Below, in pieces: positions 49,295 to 58,574 of a DNA stretch of 64,000 bases; within the stretch, counting starts at the first letter, position 1; each line of letters begins with the position of its first letter. The notes under the pieces are model-generated. The model was given only the letters and a program-made list of their open reading frames with translations, had not been told where the DNA came from and did not search any database. The translations under genes were made by a program, and so were the position numbers. Origin of the DNA: Hyaloraphidium curvatum SAG 235-1 (Eukaryota; Fungi; Monoblepharomycota); contig JAIVFI010000028.1 of the NCBI GenBank assembly GCA_025558095.1, positions 543,113-607,112 of the forward strand. The letters are read 5' to 3'.

Positions 49295-50713
49295 TCACGG
49301 AGACCGACCCACCGCCGCCTTGGTCCTCTCGTTCAGCTCCTCCCATGCCGTCTGGTCCGCGACCGTCCAGCACGCCGGCGCCCCGGCCTCCGCCGCGCCC
49401 TCCGCCGCCTCCACGTCCGCCCAGTACCGCGCCTGCTCCCCGGCCGTCCGCGGAACCGAGGCCAGGCCGCGGCGCCAGGCGTCGGCCGCTTCCGCCGCGC
49501 GCCGCGCAAACTCCCGGGGGTCGGGCGCCACGGCGACCGTGTTCCAGAGGGTCCGCGCCTCGCACCACTCGTCGGGGCAGGTGCAGTTCGCCGGCAGCGG
49601 GCCCCAGTGCGTGAGCTGCCCCTCGGCGCCGCGGATCTGCAGGGGGAAGTGGGAGAGCGGCACCGCGGGCGCTAGCGAGGACAGGATGCCCTGCACGAGG
49701 CCGTGGTGCTCCGCAGGGACGGCGTGGGGGTAGACTTCCAGCACGGCCGAGAAGGGGGGCAGGAAAAGCAGGTGGCCGAGGGCGGCGCCGTGGACGAGGA
49801 CCAACAGGTCCGTTTGCGCGGCGAGGCGGACCTGCGCGGGGGGGTCGAGGGAGGCAAAGTCGACGATCCCGGGGGCGCGGCCGCCGCCGAGCCAGGTCAG
49901 GGTGGCGTTCATGGCGGCGAGGGCGTGCGGGGCGAAGCGGCGCGTCCGGGTGCGCTGCACGACGGTGATCCGGGGGTGGAGGCGCGGCGGGGGTGCGGCG
50001 GCGGGCTCCGTCGCGCCGATGTCTGCAAAGATCCCGCGGCGCACGTGCACGGCGGCGTCGGGGGGTTCGAACGTGCGGTTCGCGATCCCTTCGGGCCCGA
50101 GACAGTGCCCGCGGTGGGTGCAGGCGGCGCGCGTGCCGGCAACGAGCCGGCCCACCCTGAACGTGCCGGCATCGCGATGCACCAGCCGCACGCCCGGAGC
50201 CAGCGCGGACAACAAGCGCTCGTCCAGGTTCCCGCGCCCGTTGCTGTCAAGGGCGAACAGCGCGAACGGCTTCGTGGTGCCGTCCGCGGCGACCCCGCCG
50301 ACCGCATCCCACGCCATGGAAGTCGCCGGCACGACCTCCTCGAAAAGCACATGGTACAGGTTGCGCGGGCTGAGGCGGCCCAGCATGACGCCCGCAGGCA
50401 CGTCCTCGGCGCCGGCCGCAAGGGCGGCCCACTCGCCGCGGTGCCGCACGGCACGCACGTCGCACCCGGCCGTTTGGGCTGCCGGGTTGTTGGCGATCGA
50501 GCACAGCAGCGGCGGGACTGCCCCCGCGCCACCCGGGTCGAGGAAGTAGACCGTGCCGTTGGCCACGAGCGCGTCGCGGAACACGCAGCGGGCGGCGTCG
50601 CGCGTGCTGCCCGAGCAGACCGCCGGCCCCTCCCCGCCGCCGCGGCGCCGGCCCTGCAGGAGAAGGGCCGCGAGAACGGTGGCGAGCAGCACCGGGCGGG
50701 GCAGGCCCCACAT
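49295..50713 (-). CDS. Glycosyltransferase family 61 (DUF563) with N-terminal signal anchor
   Basis: NLYHVLFE, ITVVQRTRTRRF, QVRLAAQTDLLVLVHGAALGHLLFLPPFSAVLEVYP; starts MWGLPRPVLLATVLAALLL. Confidence 0.85.
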   Translation of the reverse strand: MWGLPRPVLLATVLAALLLQGRRRGGGEGPAVCSGSTRDAARCVFRDALVANGTVYFLDPGGAGAVPPLLCSIANNPAAQTAGCDVRAVRHRGEWAALAAGAEDVPAGVMLGRLSPRNLYHVLFEEVVPATSMAWDAVGGVAADGTTKPFALFALDSNGRGNLDERLLSALAPGVRLVHRDAGTFRVGRLVAGTRAACTHRGHCLGPEGIANRTFEPPDAAVHVRRGIFADIGATEPAAAPPPRLHPRITVVQRTRTRRFAPHALAAMNATLTWLGGGRAPGIVDFASLDPPAQVRLAAQTDLLVLVHGAALGHLLFLPPFSAVLEVYPHAVPAEHHGLVQGILSSLAPAVPLSHFPLQIRGAEGQLTHWGPLPANCTCPDEWCEARTLWNTVAVAPDPREFARRAAEAADAWRRGLASVPRTAGEQARYWADVEAAEGAAEAGAPACWTVADQTAWEELNERTKAAVGRSP

Positions 50714-50782
50714 CCCCAGCAGGGATCCGTGCCAAGGGGTTAGGGATTGGTCGGGTGCTGACGCGACGCTCCGCAGCCGGAC

Positions 50783-51556
50783 ATGCACGCGCACCACCGC
50801 AGCGCGCTCGAGCGCATCGTGCGGCGCTTCCAAGCCGATCCGGATGCGTTGGCGCTGATCGTCGTCGGGTCGGTGGCGCGGGGCGACGCGCGCCCGGACT
50901 CGGACGTCGACGCGTACCTCGTGGTGACCGACGAGCGGTTCGCGGACGGCCGGCGCGAGTGGAACGCGGACGACCTCTGCGACTGGCACGGTGGCACCGC
51001 CGGGGGACCCATCGTCGACCTCGGCTTCCTCCGGGACGCGGCGGAACGCGCGCCCGAGCCGCTGCGCTACGCGTTCACGAACGCGTTCGTCGCCTTCTCG
51101 CGCGTGCCGGACCTGCAGGAACTGCTCGACCGCATCCCCGTATACCAGGGCCGCGAGCGCGCCGGGAAGCTCGCCGGCTTCGCGGGCCAGCTCCCCGTCC
51201 ACCTGGCCTACCTGCGGCTGGGCGAATACAGCCGGAACGCCTACCTGCTGGCGGAACCGGCGGTGGAGCTCGTGCTTTACGGCGGGCGCCTGATTCTGGC
51301 GCACAACCGCATGCTGTACCCCGGCCGCAAGTGGTTCATGAGGGAGCTGGCCCGCGCGCCGGTCAAGCCCGAGGCCATGGTGCGGCTGGCGGAGGAGCTG
51401 CTCGCCGCACCGAGCATAGCACGCGCCGAGGCGTTCTGCGGCGCGGTGCTGGGGTTCGCGGCCTGGCCGCAGCCGCCGGAGGGGGCGACGGCGCGGTTCC
51501 GCCGCGACCGGGAGGATCACTGGCGCAGCGGGGCCCCGCCACTCGCGGACTGCTGA
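50783..51556 (+). CDS. Pol-beta-superfamily nucleotidyltransferase domain protein, bacterial type, single exon
   Basis: GSVARGDARPDSDVD motif; C-terminal helical part with RLILAHNRMLYPGRKW. Confidence 0.85.
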   Translation: MHAHHRSALERIVRRFQADPDALALIVVGSVARGDARPDSDVDAYLVVTDERFADGRREWNADDLCDWHGGTAGGPIVDLGFLRDAAERAPEPLRYAFTNAFVAFSRVPDLQELLDRIPVYQGRERAGKLAGFAGQLPVHLAYLRLGEYSRNAYLLAEPAVELVLYGGRLILAHNRMLYPGRKWFMRELARAPVKPEAMVRLAEELLAAPSIARAEAFCGAVLGFAAWPQPPEGATARFRRDREDHWRSGAPPLADC

Positions 51557-53116
51557 CCGCCCGCCGCACGGGGAGTGTCCTCCCACCCCCATGTTATACA
51601 TCGCGACACGCCATATGCATTACATACGTACGTCCGCCCATTTGTGATGGATGAGAGTATCGATCTGGAGGTGTTCTCGACGTGGGAGAGGTTTCGCGAT
51701 GGCCTGACGGACAGATCTGTCCAGCTGGCTGCTTCTGACCGAATCAAGGAATTACTCTACCGTTCGTCAGAACCTTTTATGGGCGTCACAATAATCCGTA
51801 TAAAAGATTCGATTGGATGTTTCGTGTATCTTTTGAGTTCAATCCACTGGCGTGATTGGATGGTTTCGATGTCGACCGATTCCCAGACTGGACATACATA
51901 TCTTGGCTTTGGGAGCTTTCCGTTCCTGGGTCTCCGGTGGATTCTGCTGGGCACATAAGCCAATCCAGGGCACCATCGCGGAGTTGCTGCGCCCTCCAGA
52001 GGGCTCAGAATACCACGATACGACATTAGACTTACATCAGCTATGGACCGCTCTCGCACCATTGGCATCTGCAAATTTCTCGGTGATGCTGATTTTGCTT
52101 CCTTCTTCCGTCTTTCCATGCTCTTCTCGAAGAAGGTCTCCGCCGCGCCCAAGATCCTGCGCTTAGCACTCCGTTCCTCGTTGTCCAGGCGGAATGGCGA
52201 CCCTTCCAGTATCCATGACCACGTCCCCAGGTCCCATAGGCCGTGACCGTGTTCTGTACCGAGCTCTCGCACCCGCTTGGCCAGCTCTTGCCGCAGGTCT
52301 TCGTTCCGGCTGCAGCCGAAAAGTAGATGCAGCTCGTCATCAATCTCTCCTCGGTCGTGTTTGCAGGTCCGCCGGTCCTTCGGCCAGTTTGGTAGCGCCT
52401 GTGTACCTGCATGATACGAGCGTGTTCTCCATCCCCGTGAGCAGACGGATTAGAGCACGTCTCCGCGATTCCACCTCGATCTCCAACGCTGGATTAAACC
52501 CGAACGCTATGGCCGATGTCCTTGCTCGCTGTGGAAGAAGTGCCGCGATGACTTGACCTGTCAGCAAGGTCTCACTGCCTGATCCTGATCGAATGAGGGA
52601 GTTACTCCCCCGTTCATCAGAGCTCCTGATTTTCAAAAAGCTCTGCATGGCGAATTCCGGTCGATGGTTTCGATGCGGACCGAGTCAGGGACTGGCTGGA
52701 CATGTGAGGTTCCAGGAGGGGTGACGACTCCATTGCTCCCCATGCCACGCACGTGGACCGCTGTAGCCATGCGAATTGCATCCCGTTAGATATAGATTCA
52801 CCCATTCGGTCAATCTGGAGCACATCTGGTCCCAGCCAAGCGGAATGCTCCGAGCTGTCTCCCAGAGGAAATGCCGCGCGCGACTTTCTCGCATCGCCCC
52901 GCCGCATCCGCATCTCCCTTCCCAACCCAATATCTCCCGATTCGAGGTTGGCAACGATGTGTAATGATCCGTCTCCGATGGAGCTTTGCGCGGCGCACGG
53001 CCGCGGGGCGGCAGAGAGAACATGTCGTCCGCCAACGTCCGCATTCCCCGGCGCACCAACGGCCGGGCGCCCCAGCGAAAGGACACCCCGTTTGACGGAG
53101 GACGCATGGAGCCACC

Positions 53117-53360
53117 GAATGAACACCGCAGCATCCGGTTGTGCGCCAGGATCAGGCGTCCGCCGTACAGCACGGGCTCCACTGCCGTTTCCGCCGGCAG
53201 GTAGGCGTTCCGGCCGCTATCGCCCGGCCGCAGGCAGGCCGGGCGAACGGGGGGCCGGCCCGCGAAGCCGGCCAGCTTCCCTGCGCGTTCGCGGCCCCGG
53301 TAGACGGGGATGCGGTGGGGCACTTCCTGCGGGTCGGGGCGCGCGGAGGCGACGAGGGAC
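53117..53360 (-). pseudogene. Inverted partial degenerate copy of the nucleotidyltransferase gene (about 51090-51340)
   Basis: HRIPVYRGRERAGKLAGFAG...RNAYL..E.AVE.VLYGGRLILAHNRML aligns with 50783-51556. Confidence 0.85.
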
Positions 53361-53389
53361 GGAAGGGGCGCCTCGCCGCTCCGGATCCG

Positions 53390-54430
53390 ATGCGCTTCCC
53401 GACGGCCCTCGCCGCCGGCGCGGCGGCCGCCCTCGCGCTGCTATCCGCGCACGCGTTCTTTGGCCGTCCGGAACCGCCGCGCGCGGCCGGCGGCCCCCCG
53501 CGGATCGCGGCGTGCGCGGTGGTGCGCGACGCGTCGGCCGATCTGCCCGAGTGGCTCGCGTACCACCGCGGCATCGGCGTCTCGCGGTTCCTCGTGTTCG
53601 ACGACGGCTCGCGCCCGCCGCTGCGCATCGATGCGCCGGACGTCGAGGTGTCCCGCGTGGCGGGCACGCGCGCGGCCCCCGGCGAGGACAAGCCGCCGTT
53701 CGCGCGCACGGCGCAGGGCGTCGGCTACGCGCGGTGCGCCGTCCGGTGCGCGGACTTCGACTGGATGCTTTTCGTCGACCCGGACGAGTTCGTCATGCTG
53801 CGATCGCCGCGGCCGTCGCTCCCCCAGTTCCTCTCCCGCCCGCACATCCGCGACGCGTCGGCGGTCTGCCTCAACTGGATCGTGTTTGCCGCCCCGCCCG
53901 GCACCCCGCGGTCGGCCAACGGCACCCTCGCGGGCTACTCGCGCTGCGCAGGGCCGGGGTTCGTCAAGAGCAGCGCGTTCAAGGCGGTCGCCAACTGCCG
54001 GCACCTCGTGGGGATGGCGTCGCCGCACAACCCCACCTCGTGGGGATGGCGTCGCCGCACAACCCCGTGGTGCGGGATGATCCCCCGGGGGAGCCGGGCG
54101 CGGGGCCGGGCGGGGTCGACGCGCTGGGGTGGCTGGTGGCGGTGATCAGCCCGTAGAGATCTGATCAGCCCGTTCAACACGCGGGAGCAGGTGGCCGCGC
54201 CCGTGGCGGTGCACCACTACATGTATCGCTCGGACGAGGAGGTGCGCGAGAAGCTGGCCAAGGGCGGCGCGGACGGCAAGGTGCGCACCGAGGAGGAGCG
54301 AAGGTTGGCGGCGGCGGCGGCGAACGCAACGTGCGATTACCTGCAGAGGAGGGTCAGGAAATGCTGCCCGCTGGTCATGGACTGGGACAGCGTTCCCCCG
54401 CCGCTGTACGGGGACGTCGGAAACGATTGA
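53390..54430 (+). pseudogene. GT92/GT2-like glycosyltransferase with signal anchor, disrupted by a 32-bp and a 19-bp insertion
   Basis: ACAVVRD...LPEWLAYH..IGVSRFLVFDDGS, DWMLFVDPDEF, HHYMYRSDEE; TGA at 54143. Confidence 0.75.
54002..54065 (+). repeat. Perfect 32-bp tandem duplication
   Basis: cacctcgtggggatggcgtcgccgcacaaccc x2. Confidence 0.95.
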
Positions 54431-54813
54431 TTGGCCCGGCCGGCCGACACGTGGTGGTGCCGTCGGTTCGCTATGGGTACCTTTCCATCGCCGCCCGCTC
54501 GGCCGCCTCCATCGCCGCCTCTGCCTTGGCAGCCCTCCCCTGGACCCGCACCGCGTCCCTCCCTCCGCCGGGTCTGGCTCCTTCGGGAACGCCCCTGGTG
54601 GGGCCGGTAGAGCGCCCGGGACCCCATCCTCGAGGGTGGGACAAGGCTGCCGGGACCAAACTCGACTTGAATCAGCAGTTCCGCACCGTAGCTTCACCAT
54701 GCATCTCGGAAATCCGACGGTGGCCTTGTCCCGTCCTGGTCCTCGTCCGACGCCAGGGGCACGGACGGCTGTTTGCTGCGCTCCGCAGATCGCCCACCCC
54801 AATGCATGGCAGC

Positions 54814-55968
54814 TCACCCCCCGCACGGCTCCGCGATCCGCGCCAGCACCTCCCCCGCGCTCCCCTGCAGGGCCTCCAGCCATCCCCTCCCCGCCTCGCC
54901 CACTTTCCCCGCATCCACCGCCTCGAACCCCCCCGCGAGGACCTCCCCCGCCTCCCGCACGGCGCCCTTGGCCGCGTGCCCGACGCCCGAGTAGTAGTCC
55001 GCGAACTTGGTCCAGGGCTCGGAGCCGCCCGGAGGCAGGAGGACGCGGGAGGGCACGCCGTACGCGTCGGCGAGGGCGGCGCCGTGCAGCGAGCCAGAGA
55101 CCACCGCGCGCGCAGAGGTCAGCCGGAGGACGAGGTCCAGCGCGGGCGCGGTAGAGGGGGTGAAGGCCATGTAGACGGGGCGGAGGCACCCGAAGGTGGA
55201 TTCGAGGGCCTGGAGGGAGGGGTGCGGGAGGCCGGCGGAGGAGAGGGCCGCGAGGTCCGGGGCGGAAAAGTGGGCGGAGGGGAGGAGGCGGCCCGAGGGG
55301 GAGAAGGAAGAAGAGAGGATGCGGGCGGCGGCATGCTGGTGCAGGTGTATCGCCAGGGCGAGGCACGTCCGCCTGTGGGGAAGCACGTAGAGGGAGGGGA
55401 AGAGGAGGGGCATGGCGAGCACGGGGTCGCCGACGGACACCCTTACCGCACTCTTCAGCGGGATACCCGAGGGCGCGGTGCACGGCGCCGACGGACCGCC
55501 GGGGCACACGAGGTCCATCGAGAGGCGGCCGCGGGTCGCGAGGAGCAGCGCGTCCCCCGCCGACGCGTCCCCGGCCGTCCCGTTAACGTCCGCCCGCTCC
55601 AGCTTGGTGCCCATGCCGGCGAGCACGTCCCCTGGTTGGAGGAAATATGCCGGCGCGTGTAGCTCCGAGCCGACCATGACCAGCTTGCCCCGCGCCGAAA
55701 ACTCCGCGCGGCGGACCGACACGCGCTTCCCCGCGGCCCGCTCCAGGGCGGCGCGGAGGATCACCGGCACCAGCGCGTCGCCCAGGTTTTCGACCGCCAC
55801 GTCCGCGCAGCCCACCGGCCACCACGTCGCGCGCACGCAGATTTCGGGCGGGGGCGGCGGCGCGGGAGCGGGCGGGCGGGCGAGCAGCAGCCGCAGGCCA
55901 AACAGGAGACAGGAGAGGAGGAGGAGCAGGAGCGGCAGGGGGAGCCGGCCCCGGAGCACCGCGGCCAT
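54814..55968 (-). CDS. Polysaccharide pyruvyltransferase family protein with signal anchor
   Basis: NLGDAL, TRGRLS, GDPVLAMP, VVSGSLHGAALADAYGVP, KFADYY; starts MAAVLRGRLPLPLLLLLL. Confidence 0.85.
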   Translation of the reverse strand: MAAVLRGRLPLPLLLLLLSCLLFGLRLLLARPPAPAPPPPPEICVRATWWPVGCADVAVENLGDALVPVILRAALERAAGKRVSVRRAEFSARGKLVMVGSELHAPAYFLQPGDVLAGMGTKLERADVNGTAGDASAGDALLLATRGRLSMDLVCPGGPSAPCTAPSGIPLKSAVRVSVGDPVLAMPLLFPSLYVLPHRRTCLALAIHLHQHAAARILSSSFSPSGRLLPSAHFSAPDLAALSSAGLPHPSLQALESTFGCLRPVYMAFTPSTAPALDLVLRLTSARAVVSGSLHGAALADAYGVPSRVLLPPGGSEPWTKFADYYSGVGHAAKGAVREAGEVLAGGFEAVDAGKVGEAGRGWLEALQGSAGEVLARIAEPCGG

Positions 55969-56179
55969 GTCGGCGATTCGAAAGGGGGAGTGGAAAACGG
56001 AAGTCCCTTGGGGATCCGTGCCGCAAGGATTCCCGCCCGCTGTCCCCTCTGTTTCGGGAGCGCACTGCGACGGGCCGGCCTCGTGCGGCACCCTCTGCCG
56101 CGGCTGCCCGGCCGCGCACCCCCCTCGGCCCGCGCCGCCCGCTCCCCTAACCCCCCGCACCCAAACAGCCATCCGATGG

Positions 56180-56605
56180 AGCGCCGCCCCGATCGCCGCC
56201 GAACTCGCGGGGAGGTTCGCCATCGAGCGCCCCGGGCTGCCCGCCTTTGCCCTGACGGAACCCTGCGTGCTGACCGCCGTGGGCAACGACTACTCGTGCG
56301 AGCGGGTGTTTGCGCGCCAGGTCGAGGCCGCGTGCGGGCCGGGGGACGTGCTGCTCGCCATCACGACGTCGGGGACCTCGCCAAACATCCTGGCGGCCCT
56401 CGCCGCCACCAAGCGCAAGGGCGCGGCGACAATCGCGCTGTGCGGACTGGGCGGGCAGATGGACGACGCGGACGTGAGGGTCAGGGTGCCGTCGAGGGAC
56501 ACGCCGCGCGTGCAGGAGGTGCAGATGCTGCTGGGGCACGCCATCTGCGAGATGGTCGAGCGGGAAATGTTCGGGGGAGGGGACGCAGGCGACGCAATGG
56601 ACTGA
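56180..56605 (+). pseudogene. gmhA: Phosphoheptose (sedoheptulose-7-P) isomerase GmhA, N-terminally truncated
   Basis: IAAELAGRF..ERPGLPAFAL, LTAVGNDY..ERVFARQV, GDVLLAITTSGTSPNI, TPRVQE...GHAICE; no in-frame ATG and no GNGGS motif. Confidence 0.85.
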
Positions 56606-56651
56606 GCTGCCTGTGCGAGCTGCGTGTGCGATATCCTTCACTACCCATTGC

Positions 56652-58184
56652 TCAAATAACGAGCGCCGCGTGCCGTTCCGGCCCAGGCTGCCCCTCGGTC
56701 CGCGCCCTCATTCTCTTAGCCGCGTGCAACGCCGCCCTATTCTCCCACAGCTCCTCCAGCGCCGCCCTCGCGTTCCGCGCCGCGGCCTCGGGCCCCCTCT
56801 CCCTGCGCACCCACCTCCCGCCGCGCCGGCCGACCTCCCGCGCCCTGTCCGGGTCGGATGCGATCGCCCGCATGATCCCCGCCGCGGCATGCACGTCCGG
56901 TTCCGGCCACCCGGGGTTGAGGTACGTCCCCTCCTCCGCCGGGCACCCCGTGCCATTGTCGCGCCCCTCGCCGATCCGATCGGGCCACCGCACGGGGACG
57001 AGGTACTCCCAACCGGGCGGCTGGAAATCCAGGTTCCCCGAGTAGTTGGTCGCCACCACGGGCTTCCCCATCGCCAGCGCCTGGTACATCCCCAGGCCGA
57101 CGCCCTCGGCGCGGTGCAGGCTCGCGTAGGCGTCGCAGGCGGCAAAGAGCGCGCGCATGCCCGCGGGGGGCAGGGTGCGCGAGACGACGGCGACGGAGGG
57201 GTGGGTAGATGCGAGGGAGACGACGGCGGGCCAGCCGGAGGTGGTGTTGGCGCAGTTGTGGGCTTTGAGGAGCAGGCGCGGGCGGGTGCCAGGCCGGGGC
57301 GGCGGTTGCCCCGGCGGGAAGGCGAGGAGGAAGGCCTGCACGAGCCCCAGGGGGTTCTTGCGGTGCACCGACGAGAGGCAGTCCATGGTGAAGAGGAAGA
57401 CGTAGTCGCCGGGGAGGAAGCCCAGCTCGCTGCGGGCGGCGGCGACCTCGTGCGCGGGGGGTTCTCCCGAACCGACGAACTCGGGGGAGTACGTCTCCCG
57501 CACCGCGCGCACGGGCAGAGCGGTCCATTTCCGGAAAGTCGCGGCGACGAACTCCGAGTGGGCCCAAATGCCGTCGAGCGAGGCGAGCTTGCGCAGCCAG
57601 TCGCGGGGGATGACCTCGGTCTCGAGCGGAATCCACGCCACCGCGAGGGCGTCGCGGTCGGGGCGGAAGGAACCGGTGGTCGCCGCCTCGAACACGACGT
57701 CGAGCAGGTCCAACGCGACCCCCGTCAGCGAGACGAAGTAGCCGTGGGGCGCGCGGCAGTCCATCCCCGCCACGTCCGCCCCTCCCGCCCTCAATTCGGC
57801 CAGCAGCGCCTCCCACGCCTCCTTGTCCGTCTTGTGCGGGGTAGAGACGACGTCGTGGGCGTCGCACGCGCGCACGGGGATGCCGGCCAGCGCGAGGGTG
57901 CGCAGGAAGGAGCGCGAGCCGGCGGCGATGCCGAACTGTCCCGAGAACCAGGAGTAGAACGCCACGCCGAACGTTTTCTCGGCCGAGTGGTTCTCCGACG
58001 AGCCGGCGTCCGGCCGCGAGAAGGCGTCGAGTGTCCGCGGGAATTCAGCCGACGCGAGGGCGGAGAGGCCGTCCCGGGCCGGTTCGCGGGCGGGCCCCAC
58101 CGGGAGCGCCCCATGGAGGCGCAGACGGAGCACCGTCAGGAGGCTCAAGGCCGCGCTGAGGGTCGCGAGGAGCCTTTTCTGCAT
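56652..58184 (-). CDS. GT4 (group 1) glycosyltransferase with signal anchor
   Basis: SSVHRKNPLGLVQAF, ACDAYASLHRAEGVGLG, GKPVVATNYSGNLDF, WPEPD. Confidence 0.88.
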   Translation of the reverse strand: MQKRLLATLSAALSLLTVLRLRLHGALPVGPAREPARDGLSALASAEFPRTLDAFSRPDAGSSENHSAEKTFGVAFYSWFSGQFGIAAGSRSFLRTLALAGIPVRACDAHDVVSTPHKTDKEAWEALLAELRAGGADVAGMDCRAPHGYFVSLTGVALDLLDVVFEAATTGSFRPDRDALAVAWIPLETEVIPRDWLRKLASLDGIWAHSEFVAATFRKWTALPVRAVRETYSPEFVGSGEPPAHEVAAARSELGFLPGDYVFLFTMDCLSSVHRKNPLGLVQAFLLAFPPGQPPPRPGTRPRLLLKAHNCANTTSGWPAVVSLASTHPSVAVVSRTLPPAGMRALFAACDAYASLHRAEGVGLGMYQALAMGKPVVATNYSGNLDFQPPGWEYLVPVRWPDRIGEGRDNGTGCPAEEGTYLNPGWPEPDVHAAAGIMRAIASDPDRAREVGRRGGRWVRRERGPEAAARNARAALEELWENRAALHAAKRMRARTEGQPGPERHAALVI

Positions 58185-58574
58185 TTCCGAGTCGCAGGTA
58201 TCGGCGTCGTCCCTCGGCACGGCCACCTCCCGGATCCTTGCCGGAAGCCACGCTTCGGCAGCGGCACGAAGACCTCCGGTTGCCGCTAAGAGCTCCGCCG
58301 GGCGCACCTTCTCGCCTCTTGCGGGTTGCCTGGAGCCCAGAGGCGGAGGCGGCGGCGGGCGGCCCCACCAGCCCGCCTATATCGGCCGGCGACTCTCCGC
58401 GCTTCGCCAAGCCCAATCTCCTTGCACTTAGGCACCCTTGGTGAGTCCACCGGGGCTGTGAGAGGCCGTGCTGAACTGTGCCACCGCCCTTACCGAGTCG
58501 CCCTTTCGGCCGCGACGCGTCTACAAAGGGCGCGATCCCTCAGCGATCCCCATCTTTCGTCCTTTGGTGGCCGC

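Noticed and set aside
49295-51601. 768-aa ORF as one protein
   Set aside because: Its N-terminal part is the antisense of the nucleotidyltransferase gene; the real GT61 start with a signal anchor is at 50713
54002-54065. 32-bp repeat as a CRISPR-like array
   Set aside because: Only two adjacent copies, no spacer, no cas genes; it is a duplication of coding sequence
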